Below, in pieces: positions 27,783-36,644 of a DNA stretch of 61,782 bases. Every line of letters begins with the position of its first letter. The stretch's first letter is position 1. A program made the position numbers and the translations under genes. The stretch spans positions 1 to 61,782 of IMG/VR virus record IMGVR_UViG_3300032242_001102; one strand, written 5' to 3'. Under the pieces are notes generated by a model that was not told the origin of the DNA, made no database searches, and saw nothing but the letters and a program-made list of their open reading frames with translations. The DNA is from a virus. Lineage: Duplodnaviria > Caudoviricetes.

Positions 27783-28068
27783 CTGGGTAGACTACTCTAC
27801 CTGAGTTCATAAATACCACAGTAAATTTATCACTTTTAAATTGTAAATTTAATTTACGACATAAATTACGTGCATGTCCAGGATTACTGAAACTTGTTTT
27901 CTTATACTTAGGTGTAGCTTCATTATCTAAATAATGTTGGCTTTTTAAGTTAATAGGCTGACCGTCATAAAACACTGCCCAAATACCGGCTGCCTCCACG
28001 ATTTGGTCGCATTTGTATGTTACTTTGTCTACTAATTCTAGTAGAACTTTGGGTTGTGTCCTAGACAT
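27775..28068 (-). CDS. hypothetical phage protein
   Basis: PKYKKTSFSNPGHARNL; coupled operon. Confidence 0.8.
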   Translation of the reverse strand: MSRTQPKVLLELVDKVTYKCDQIVEAAGIWAVFYDGQPINLKSQHYLDNEATPKYKKTSFSNPGHARNLCRKLNLQFKSDKFTVVFMNSGRVVYPDE

Positions 28069-28268
28069 TAAAATTTACCACCATTAATTTCTACTTGAAA
28101 TACTGGTTCTACTATATTTTTATTTTGTAAAAGTTCGTAGTTATCAGCAAGTAGTTTACTTACCTCATCACGCAATCCGCGGGCTTCACTTATGGGAATA
28201 ACCACATCTTTTCCCTGTTTACTTTCCATTAGTGAAACTTTATCCACAAATCGCTTAATATGTATCAT
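28068..28268 (-). CDS. hypothetical phage protein
   Basis: Coupled ORF ending GGKF. Confidence 0.75.
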   Translation of the reverse strand: MIHIKRFVDKVSLMESKQGKDVVIPISEARGLRDEVSKLLADNYELLQNKNIVEPVFQVEINGGKF

Positions 28269-28729
28269 CAGTTATTTATCACGCTTTTTGCTTCATATTC
28301 AGTTTTAAATGGTCCCTGATAAGGATAACGCTGAATAAAGATGTATTTAGGGCAAAAAACTGTTTCAGTTTCACTACCCTGTTGAATGTTGAACCATCCT
28401 GCGGCATGATAGCATTTGCTTTTATTAGCAGTAGTAAATAGATGTAATTTACGTTTGATATCCAACATACTGTTATAAACTTTATCTGTTGTAGGATATA
28501 CTTTAAAAGGCAAATCATGTTTGCTTTTATTTACTTTTTCTACTGATTCAAACTGAATATTTGTCTTACGTTTGATAGCTGTAGTATTTTTATAATGGCT
28601 TTTATTACCATTTAATTTTACTTCAAATCCAGAACCATTGGCTAATACATTGCCTACTTTTTCTTTGCCATCAGTGACAATCCAAAATTGATTTTTAACT
28701 ACTGGCTTTGCAATTAGAATTTTTGTCAT
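28268..28729 (-). CDS. hypothetical phage protein
   Basis: FCPK...YQGPFKT; GAGGA RBS. Confidence 0.8.
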   Translation of the reverse strand: MTKILIAKPVVKNQFWIVTDGKEKVGNVLANGSGFEVKLNGNKSHYKNTTAIKRKTNIQFESVEKVNKSKHDLPFKVYPTTDKVYNSMLDIKRKLHLFTTANKSKCYHAAGWFNIQQGSETETVFCPKYIFIQRYPYQGPFKTEYEAKSVINN

Positions 28730-28759
28730 TTTTTATTCCTCTGTGTAAGTATACTATGT

Positions 28760-29044
28760 TTAAATATATTTGTCAACCATTGTACCAAGATAATACTGAT
28801 AACGGTACTCCTCATATTCCCTAGTGAGTTTTAATGATTCGTATCTATGTATTTCTTCAACATGTTCTTTAAATAATCTATTTTGTTCCGTACGTTTTAG
28901 AGTTTGTAATCTCAATAACTTATCTTTTTTCTCCTGATCATCCACTTTGATATCATGCTGTTTTGTTTCTTTATTGATATCAGCCAACCTGTTAAACTTT
29001 ACAGTATAATCAAGTAGTGGGGTAGGAGTGGAAACTTTGTTCAT
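28760..29044 (-). CDS. hypothetical protein
   Basis: 94-aa ORF, ATGA coupling. Confidence 0.65.
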   Translation of the reverse strand: MNKVSTPTPLLDYTVKFNRLADINKETKQHDIKVDDQEKKDKLLRLQTLKRTEQNRLFKEHVEEIHRYESLKLTREYEEYRYQYYLGTMVDKYI

Positions 29045-29211
29045 TCTATACCAAAATGTTGTTTAATAGCCTGTTTAATTTCTGCGCTATTTTCTAATGT
29101 ATCTACTACATTTAAACACTCATTAACAATTAATGCCGCAAATGCACCAACTGCAAATTGGTCTTCGGTGATACATTCTTCTGCTAACTTTTTAAGTGTG
29201 TCATTATTCAT
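29041..29211 (-). CDS. small protein, FAxLIVxEC family (56 aa, not in track)
   Basis: MNNDTLKKLAEEC...FAALIVNEC...IKQHFGIE. Confidence 0.75.
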   Translation of the reverse strand: MNNDTLKKLAEECITEDQFAVGAFAALIVNECLNVVDTLENSAEIKQAIKQHFGIE

Positions 29212-29220
29212 ATTTTTCCT

Positions 29221-29583
29221 TTATAAAATCAATCTTGCTATTAACAAATATGTAGCTGAATGGGCTAATTGGTCTAAACCAAAATGATTCCAAAAAGCTT
29301 TATTACTTATATCTGTAACACCATACCTCATTTTAAACCAATCAATATGATAATGTAAAACAAAGTCTAAAAAACCTAATATACCGGCATATGCAATATA
29401 TGCAGGTCCAGTAACTAATACAATACAAAACATCGTAGCAATGCCATGTTTAATACTATGATCCATACCTACTGTATCACCGTAAATACCTTTACGGGCA
29501 ATCTCATCGTTAGATTGATTTACAAAATCAATATAGTAATGCTTTACGAAAAGCAGTAATAATAAAATAAAAATCTCGTTCAT
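29221..29583 (-). CDS. DUF3307-like membrane protein
   Basis: KHYYIDF.NQ...H...H...HYHID...GLDQLAH. Confidence 0.8.
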   Translation of the reverse strand: MNEIFILLLLLFVKHYYIDFVNQSNDEIARKGIYGDTVGMDHSIKHGIATMFCIVLVTGPAYIAYAGILGFLDFVLHYHIDWFKMRYGVTDISNKAFWNHFGLDQLAHSATYLLIARLIL

Positions 29584-29819
29584 TTATATAACTTTACATC
29601 TTTGTGTTTAACGATTATAACACGATATACTACATCTTTGTACTTGATAGGTAAATCTAAATATACACTAATTCTAGGACCTTCAATCTCGTTGATTAAT
29701 GTATCATTACCCACAGTTCCTACAAATGGGATACTATTCCATTTGCCAATAATACGATCACCAATACTATATTTACCCGTGTATCGGTTTATTTTAAAAT
29801 ATTCTGCTAGACTTGCCAT
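29580..29819 (-). CDS. hypothetical protein
   Basis: 79-aa ORF, coupled. Confidence 0.7.
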   Translation of the reverse strand: MASLAEYFKINRYTGKYSIGDRIIGKWNSIPFVGTVGNDTLINEIEGPRISVYLDLPIKYKDVVYRVIIVKHKDVKLYK

Positions 29820-30016
29820 TATAACATAAACTGTTTTAGCACATTTTTTGCTAAAGACAGGTCCTCTACTACAGGTTCATCTAACATTTTACGATATTCT
29901 GTTAATATTTCCATAGCATAACATTGATCCTCATCGTCCAGGGAGTTCCACCAATCAAGTAATTCATCTGGATTTTTGTTTAAGATATATTGTAGGTTAT
30001 TATAATCTCGTTCCAT
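29819..30016 (-). CDS. hypothetical protein
   Basis: ATG at 30016 after AGGAG. Confidence 0.7.
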   Translation of the reverse strand: MERDYNNLQYILNKNPDELLDWWNSLDDEDQCYAMEILTEYRKMLDEPVVEDLSLAKNVLKQFML

Positions 30017-30018
30017 AT

Positions 30019-30246
30019 TTAGTCTCCTAATTTTTCCCAAACATATTCTGATTCTTTAATATATGAAACAGGTTTTAGCCAACCATTATTAATACATTTA
30101 ACAAGAATTAATTTATACTCTCTAGGACAATTTTTACTAATCTCAAATCCAGCACGTGGTACTAATTTAATACCATCAGTCATTGTAAAGTCAGGATCAC
30201 CCTGTTGTATTTCTTTAAAAGTTATACCAGTAGTAGTGAAGTTCAT
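30019..30246 (-). CDS. hypothetical protein
   Basis: 75-aa ORF, coupled. Confidence 0.7.
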   Translation of the reverse strand: MNFTTTGITFKEIQQGDPDFTMTDGIKLVPRAGFEISKNCPREYKLILVKCINNGWLKPVSYIKESEYVWEKLGD

Positions 30247-30437
30247 TCTTCAACTCCGAAATGTTGTTTAATTTGTTCACCAATCATACGACCGGTCCAA
30301 GCAGGATGTTCTTCACAAGTCACTAACATTTCCTGCACAATCAACTGGGCGAACTTTTGTGAATTATCAACACTCATCCATTTACCACTAACATCAGTTC
30401 CTACTTGATTAATATATTCTTTAATCCGTTCACTCAT
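30243..30437 (-). CDS. small protein, FAxLIVxEC family
   Basis: KFAQLIVQEM...IKQHFGVEE. Confidence 0.75.
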   Translation of the reverse strand: MSERIKEYINQVGTDVSGKWMSVDNSQKFAQLIVQEMLVTCEEHPAWTGRMIGEQIKQHFGVEE

Positions 30438-31432
30438 ACTAAACTACCTTTATACGGATTATTAAGCCACCTAGCATAAGTTTCAGCTTGTTCAGAGATT
30501 TTTGTAAGTTCATATTTTCCACAGAATTTCATAAAATGAATACCAACTTGAGGGGTAACTGTTGTACGTACACCCTCACGAATATTTGTATCAACAGATA
30601 ATTTAACATCATCTGGTTGACAAGTCAAATCAATCAATACCCGATTACGTTCATAATCGTCACGTACACGATGTTCTACCTCATTATGGTCAGACCAGCG
30701 TTGCAACATTAGATTGTTCCAATGGTAGCCTTGCTTAGTTCTATCAGCATAAGCTTCCATCAGTCCTACTTTATTCTTACTACCTTTACTACGTACCCCT
30801 GGATAAGCACTGAATACATTGTCGGTTGCGTCACCACGCATACATTTCTCAAATAAAATATATTGTGGGTCACCTAACAGTTTTGGTTCACTAGTTTTCT
30901 TGTCTTTAACAATACGACCTTTGTCATCAAAGTATCCTTCAACTGTAATCAATTGGTTAGTAATACCATTGTATTGTTTTACGTTTTCTGTGATAAGTTG
31001 GATATAGTCGGTATCGCTACTAATGATAAAATGTTCATCATCAGGATGCAAGTGAATGAAACGTGCAATCAAATCATCAGCTTCTGCCTTAGGATCACGC
31101 AATACACTAACATTAGTCTTTTCACGCAAGAAAGTTGTGAATGTTTCATACGTTTCCCAAAACATTATATTTTCTTCTTTCTCTGTTTCGGTCTGTGCTT
31201 GTGTATCCACTACACGATTCTTTTTATATGGCTCATAGTAGTCCTTACGCCAGCTACGACCCTCGAGACAGAACACAACGTGGTCAATGCCAAATTTGCG
31301 AACTATTTGATTACATGATGCAAGTGTAAGATGTAGTGCCATACCAATCTTTTCCCATGTATCACTATTACGTGATGCAATGTGACGGGCACGGAAGAAT
31401 GTGTTTGCTGTATCAATTAATGCGTATTTCAT
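30434..31432 (-). CDS. rnh: 5'-3' exonuclease / T4-type RNase H
   Basis: LID, SWRK...YKKNR, EADDLI, SSDTD, GDATDNV. Confidence 0.92.
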   Translation of the reverse strand: MKYALIDTANTFFRARHIASRNSDTWEKIGMALHLTLASCNQIVRKFGIDHVVFCLEGRSWRKDYYEPYKKNRVVDTQAQTETEKEENIMFWETYETFTTFLREKTNVSVLRDPKAEADDLIARFIHLHPDDEHFIISSDTDYIQLITENVKQYNGITNQLITVEGYFDDKGRIVKDKKTSEPKLLGDPQYILFEKCMRGDATDNVFSAYPGVRSKGSKNKVGLMEAYADRTKQGYHWNNLMLQRWSDHNEVEHRVRDDYERNRVLIDLTCQPDDVKLSVDTNIREGVRTTVTPQVGIHFMKFCGKYELTKISEQAETYARWLNNPYKGSLV

Positions 31433-31438
31433 GTGTCT

Positions 31439-31467
31439 ATTATATACTACTATTTAAATGTTGTCAA
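31439..31467 (-). promoter_or_regulatory. sigma-70-type promoter
   Basis: TTGACA-17-TATAAT; start codon about 7 nt downstream, so the mRNA is probably leaderless. Confidence 0.8.
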
Positions 31468-31471
31468 CTTA

Positions 31472-31891
31472 TTAGCTTACTTCTGTTCTTCCATTGCCCA
31501 AATCTCTACTACGTATTACCCTAGCGTCACGGTTCTCAGGATCCGCAACCTGTTGTTCATACATCTCCAGTGCTATATTTCTACATACAGTTTGAAACCA
31601 GCGATCCACAATAACAACATCGGTATCATCATCACGTTGTTTATATCCCGCTTTGATAAGATTTAGTACAAACTTGTCATTATAATCTAAGTCAAAAGCA
31701 CCGTCATTGATATTTTCAGGATTGATTTCTACCTTATTGATAGCTACATAGGGTTCACCTGCCATAGTAGCTTTTTCTTTGTCAGTAAATGTAGGTGCTG
31801 AAGGCTTTGGTTGTTTAGGTTTTGCTTCCTTCTTTTCAACAACAGGCTTAACCTCTTGCTTCTTAAATAAGTTTTTTATTTTGTCAAACAT
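31472..31891 (-). CDS. hypothetical phage protein
   Basis: 139-aa ORF, KEKATMAGEPYV...DRWF. Confidence 0.75.
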   Translation of the reverse strand: MFDKIKNLFKKQEVKPVVEKKEAKPKQPKPSAPTFTDKEKATMAGEPYVAINKVEINPENINDGAFDLDYNDKFVLNLIKAGYKQRDDDTDVVIVDRWFQTVCRNIALEMYEQQVADPENRDARVIRSRDLGNGRTEVS

Positions 31892-32904
31892 TTATATCTT
31901 TCATGTAATTTAAAACTGGCAAGATTCTTTGCCTTTGATTCACACATTATATCAAAGTTATCTAAGAATGTCAATGCCCAATCATTCACAGCTTCGCTCC
32001 AATAGTAGTCACTGTGTGCCCGAAGCTTCTGTTTACTGTGTCCTGCTTCAATCAACGCACCATGATCGGGTAACTGTGATCCGGAATGTCCCTCAAGTAC
32101 ATCCTCACGGCTGACGGAGTAATGTAAAGTAGGCCTAATACCGCGCCAACTATCAATAACTTTCTTAACCCTGTCATCATTGGGGGAAATATATTCTCCC
32201 TCACGTATCCAATTATGGTGAATGTCCATAACTGTAGGTACGAGGTCAGATAATGATAAGCAGTCTGTAAGTCCATGTGTGTATTCCTCATTCTCTAGTG
32301 TTAGTGTGTTTCTCGCTTCTGGCGATAATCTATTGTACACATCACGAATGCCTTGTGGGCCTTTACGTCCTGAGATATGTACATTTACCTTGAAGTCTTG
32401 AAATTCTTTGCCATAGCCCATCCAACGAACCATGTCACAATGATATTCAAATTCTTCTATACTCTTATTTACTACTTCTTCACGGTCACTAGCTAAAACA
32501 ACAAATTGGTCAGGGTGAAAACTTAGTCTAACATCATTGGCACGTGCAGTCTCACCAATTGGCGCAAACCAACGTGCTAAACTATCTTGCACATCCTTGC
32601 TATGCCAAAAGTCTTTGTACTCATCCATGGTATAAAAACTAAGCATATCACTAGTAAGACGAACCATACGTAATTCGGGTTCTAGTGTAGCAACACGTTT
32701 AACAAGATTATGTGTATTCATAATATTGCGTTTAGCAACATCCATAATCTTTTCTTCAGCAACACTACGGCTATTACGCTTTGCCCAAGCATGTGTTGTA
32801 CCGCCTGTATTGTAACCTTCGGCTGAAACAACCTCACCTTTACTATTGATTTCTGACCATTTGCAAGCGAAACCGATGCGTTTGACTGACTGATTTGTGT
32901 ACAT
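31876..32904 (-). CDS. uvsE: UV damage endonuclease UvsE/UvdE
   Basis: RIGFAC, RLSFHPDQF, LENEE, DIHH, HYS, AHSD, MCESKAK. Confidence 0.93.
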   Translation of the reverse strand: MYTNQSVKRIGFACKWSEINSKGEVVSAEGYNTGGTTHAWAKRNSRSVAEEKIMDVAKRNIMNTHNLVKRVATLEPELRMVRLTSDMLSFYTMDEYKDFWHSKDVQDSLARWFAPIGETARANDVRLSFHPDQFVVLASDREEVVNKSIEEFEYHCDMVRWMGYGKEFQDFKVNVHISGRKGPQGIRDVYNRLSPEARNTLTLENEEYTHGLTDCLSLSDLVPTVMDIHHNWIREGEYISPNDDRVKKVIDSWRGIRPTLHYSVSREDVLEGHSGSQLPDHGALIEAGHSKQKLRAHSDYYWSEAVNDWALTFLDNFDIMCESKAKNLASFKLHERYKCLTK

Positions 32905-32919
32905 AGATAGACCAAAATG

Positions 32920-32963
32920 ATAAATAATACATGTAGTGTAGCATACCTACGCAATAAAGTCAA
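32920..32963. promoter_or_regulatory. overlapping promoters: late ATAAATA (plus) and sigma-70-type (minus)
   Basis: ATAAATA at 32920-32926; TTGACT (32963-32958)-17-TACACT toward uvsE. Confidence 0.6.
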
Positions 32964-32981
32964 CTATTTACGGACAATTGA

Positions 32982-33677
32982 ATGAGATTTAACGAAATCA
33001 TAACTGAGAGTGCAGGAGCCAGATTAAAGGACCTAGCAAAGATTAGTACCAATATGCCGGATGCTGACTTTTGGTTAATACGTAAGGGTAGTGATAAGAC
33101 AGTAGGTAAGCCTGTTACAGAATTTGATCCTTCACGTATTGGTGTTAAAGTTGTACGCACAGATGTTTTAGATCCAAAATATCTATATTATGTAATGATG
33201 AATTTACATAATCAAGGACAATTTGCACGTATAGCAAATGGAACAACTAACTTAGTTAATATTACTGTAAATGATATTGCCAATATTCCACTTGGGCAAC
33301 AGGGTGTTAATGAATCAAGTTCACAGCAAGATGCAATTAATACTTTGTTAAAAAAGCATGGTTGGGCTGTAGGACGAATTGAAGGTGATCTTGCTTTTAC
33401 TTGGGAAGGTAAATCATATAGATTTCAAGGAGAACGTATGCGTATTACATCTCCTAATGGACAGTCTATGACAGTAATTTGGGGAAAGCAACCAAACTGG
33501 CAAGGCCGTACAGGTGAATGTAGTTTTGCACAAGCGGTACAAAATAAATATATTACATTTGATTTACCAATTTGGCAAGAACTAGATCGTGGTAAAATTA
33601 ATGATAGTCAAGCTATACAAAAATTCAAAAATGAAAATGAACGTCAGGCTATAGAAGCACTTAATAAAGGTATATAA
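32982..33677 (+). CDS. putative virion-internal polyprotein with HsdS-like domain
   Basis: MRFNEIITE; LDPKYLYYVM...ANGTTNLVNITVNDIANIPL; linker QQGVNE. Confidence 0.65.
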   Translation: MRFNEIITESAGARLKDLAKISTNMPDADFWLIRKGSDKTVGKPVTEFDPSRIGVKVVRTDVLDPKYLYYVMMNLHNQGQFARIANGTTNLVNITVNDIANIPLGQQGVNESSSQQDAINTLLKKHGWAVGRIEGDLAFTWEGKSYRFQGERMRITSPNGQSMTVIWGKQPNWQGRTGECSFAQAVQNKYITFDLPIWQELDRGKINDSQAIQKFKNENERQAIEALNKGI

Positions 33678-33679
33678 AA

Positions 33680-34432
33680 ATGAGAATAACAGAATTTATA
33701 ACAGAATCTAGCAAGATTTGCCCACAATGTGGAATGAAAGGCTGCAGTTGTGAACCTGGAAAATGCAATTGTAAACCAAAACCTGGTTATCCTAAAAAGG
33801 TTAACGAGGCTGCAAATCCAGCACAACAAGCCGCTATAGCCATCAATATGAAAAAACATCATCAGAAGCCTAAGAATGAAGGTTATACAATGGAAGATGA
33901 GCAAATTGACGGTATGGCACAAGGTGAAATACGTGAAATTATTAAAAATGCTATACATATTAAAAATAAATTAGACAGTGGTACTAGTTTAGATGGTTGG
34001 ATGTATAGTTATGTAACCACTAGTAATGACCATTTAAATAGTGTAGCAGAACAAATAGGTAACCCTAATATTAGTGATGAAGAAGATTTGGATGAGGGTG
34101 AAAACTGGTCAAAGTACAACCACAAACGTGTGGGTGGTATGAGTAAAAAGAGTGTAAGTAGCTATCGTCGTAGTCATCCTGGTAGCAAGATTCAAACAGC
34201 AGTAACAACGAAACCTAGTAAACTTAAGAAGGGCAGTAAAGCCGCTAAACGCCGTGCTAGTTTCTGTGCTAGAATGCGTGGTATGAAGAAACATCGTACC
34301 AGTGCTAAGACAGCACATGATCCAAATAGTAATATTAACAAGAGTTTGCGTAGATGGCATTGTGAATCCATTGAGCAAATGCAAGAATTGATAATGTTAG
34401 CTGAACAAAAAATTAAGGCTTTAAAGAAATGA
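33680..34432 (+). CDS. putative virion-internal polyprotein (Cys-rich, DUF6321-like modules)
   Basis: MRITEFITE; CPQCGMKGCSCEPGKCNC; RRASFCARM...RRWHC. Confidence 0.65.
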   Translation: MRITEFITESSKICPQCGMKGCSCEPGKCNCKPKPGYPKKVNEAANPAQQAAIAINMKKHHQKPKNEGYTMEDEQIDGMAQGEIREIIKNAIHIKNKLDSGTSLDGWMYSYVTTSNDHLNSVAEQIGNPNISDEEDLDEGENWSKYNHKRVGGMSKKSVSSYRRSHPGSKIQTAVTTKPSKLKKGSKAAKRRASFCARMRGMKKHRTSAKTAHDPNSNINKSLRRWHCESIEQMQELIMLAEQKIKALKK

Positions 34433-35814
34433 ATTTTATAGAATTATTTGAGGGTACAACACCCAAATTACCGGGTGCTGTAGGTGGCATTAAGGTTATG
34501 AGTATGGATCAATTTCTTGCTCAAGCTGATGATTTACCTGATGAACAATTAGACGAATTGTCGCCTCAAACATTAGCAAGCTATGTTAGAAAATCTAATA
34601 CAGATGCCAGAGATAGACTTAAACAAGATCCTAAAAATCAATTTAAAAAAGCTGAGAAAAGAGCCGCTGGTATAGGTCAGGCTATTGGTAAGATTCGTGC
34701 TACAATGGAACCCGCTACTAAACAACAAGTTAAACCACAAGATGTAGCAGAAGCAACAAAATTACCAGCACAAACACGTGAACTAAAAGGGCAAGAACTA
34801 GACGATTACTTAGATAGAATTCGTAATCGTGAAAAGGGCAAGACAGACAAATATAAACTACCTTACATACATCGTTCAAGTGTAGTCAAATATTACAATG
34901 AAGAAGGTAAACGCTACGACACAGACCAAATCAAAACAGCATTAGGTGTTCGTCCAAAGAAACTTCTTAAACAAAATGAGAAGATGAAACATAGCAACGG
35001 CGAACTAGAACAATTCTATAACATTGGTTTTGCCGCATTAGTTGGTATAGCATTAGATGAAAATACAAACGAACTAATTGTAGTTAATACATGCCCAGGT
35101 GCTGGTTCATGTAAAATAGATTGCTTTGCTATGAAGGGTGGTAAAGTTCAGTTTGAAGGTCCATGGTTAAGTGACGGAAGAATATTAACGTTTTTATTGA
35201 ATGATCCAGATGGTTTCTTTAATCAATTAAGTAGTGAAATCACAAAAGAAGAAAAACTAGCACAAAAAGGTGGTTACAATTTAACTATTCGTTGGCACGA
35301 TGCTGGTGACTTCTTTAGCCCAGAATATCAAGACCTAGCATTTAAGTTAGCAGCCGCTCACCCTGATGTTAAGTTCTATGCTTATACAAAGATTGCAAGT
35401 GCGGCATTGGATCAAAAGCCAAGTAACTTTATTGTTAACTGGAGTGAGGGGGCAAGTACTAGCCAAGAGAAACAAGTTAAGGCACAAGATCCTCAACTTG
35501 ACGTAACTAAGAATAGTCGTATTGTTCCAAGTAAGTTATTCTATGATTTACTGAAGAAGGATAAGGATGGTAAGTTAGATAAAACTGCCGACGGTGCATG
35601 GCAACCACGTGATGCCGCAGCATTAGAAGAATTAAAAGACAGACTAGCAGCCTCTTACAACTTAAAGCGTGATAGTATCATTGATTACAATGAGATGATG
35701 GCTACCCCACAAAAAAATAACATTAAGAAATGGAATGTTATTATTGCTCCGGGTGAGGGTGATATTAGTGCCAATAGACAGGATGTATTGTCTACATTAT
35801 TGTTAAAACACTAA
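34429..35814 (+). CDS. putative virion-internal polyprotein with GP88-like domain
   Basis: MNFIELFE; TCPGAGSCKIDCFA, RWHDAGDF, FYAYTK. Confidence 0.7.
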   Translation: MNFIELFEGTTPKLPGAVGGIKVMSMDQFLAQADDLPDEQLDELSPQTLASYVRKSNTDARDRLKQDPKNQFKKAEKRAAGIGQAIGKIRATMEPATKQQVKPQDVAEATKLPAQTRELKGQELDDYLDRIRNREKGKTDKYKLPYIHRSSVVKYYNEEGKRYDTDQIKTALGVRPKKLLKQNEKMKHSNGELEQFYNIGFAALVGIALDENTNELIVVNTCPGAGSCKIDCFAMKGGKVQFEGPWLSDGRILTFLLNDPDGFFNQLSSEITKEEKLAQKGGYNLTIRWHDAGDFFSPEYQDLAFKLAAAHPDVKFYAYTKIASAALDQKPSNFIVNWSEGASTSQEKQVKAQDPQLDVTKNSRIVPSKLFYDLLKKDKDGKLDKTADGAWQPRDAAALEELKDRLAASYNLKRDSIIDYNEMMATPQKNNIKKWNVIIAPGEGDISANRQDVLSTLLLKH

Positions 35815-36644
35815 ACTTTTAATAACTCTTCCATAGTGTAGAGATTACGCATATAGGGTGACACATCTTCTAGTACACTACTAGGTAAGTCACCCTTTCT
35901 TCTTGGACCATATACTACATCAAAGTCACAATCATTGACTTTTTGAAACAAGTTAACAATCTCTTGTACAGTATATCCTACACCATGTCCTAAACATTCA
36001 ACACTATTGCTTGGCTTTTCAATAGCTTGCATTAGTGCATCACATATTTCATTCACATGTACATAATCACGTATACATGTACCGTCAATAACTGATACAT
36101 CATAGTCATTACCGTATATAGTAAACGTTCCCGTTTCACGTGCTTTCAACAAATTGAACATTAGTCCATCGGGGTTAGTGGGAGCTACGACAGTGCTTCC
36201 AATAACGTTATAAAATCTAAAGATTGTATATGGTGTTTCACGATGTGTTGTACAATATTCTCTGACTACATCTTCTGCCGCACGTTTGCTGATACCATAA
36301 GCACTAGCACAATCTTGTGCGGCACCTGTACTTGAAAAGATAAAGTTCTTTGATTTTATCTTATTAACTACATTCATTGTACCATTCAAGTTAGTGATAT
36401 AGTATTTGATAGGCATTACTTCACTTTCACCCACACGTACTAATGCTGCCAAATGAATGACAGTATCAAATTCTTCATCAATGGTGAACTGTCTATTGAT
36501 ATCTTGTTGATAAAATTTATGCAATGGATACTGTGGCTCACGAATATCTAATCCATGAACCTCATACTCTAATGAGTCCATTAACATTTTTGCTAGATGA
36601 CTGCCAATGTAGCCTGAGCTACCTGTAATTAAAACTTTTTTCAT
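35811..36644 (-). CDS. NAD-dependent sugar epimerase (GalE-like)
   Basis: TGSSGYIG, HLAA, YGISK, FRFYNV, IRDYVHV. Confidence 0.93.
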   Translation of the reverse strand: MKKVLITGSSGYIGSHLAKMLMDSLEYEVHGLDIREPQYPLHKFYQQDINRQFTIDEEFDTVIHLAALVRVGESEVMPIKYYITNLNGTMNVVNKIKSKNFIFSSTGAAQDCASAYGISKRAAEDVVREYCTTHRETPYTIFRFYNVIGSTVVAPTNPDGLMFNLLKARETGTFTIYGNDYDVSVIDGTCIRDYVHVNEICDALMQAIEKPSNSVECLGHGVGYTVQEIVNLFQKVNDCDFDVVYGPRRKGDLPSSVLEDVSPYMRNLYTMEELLKV

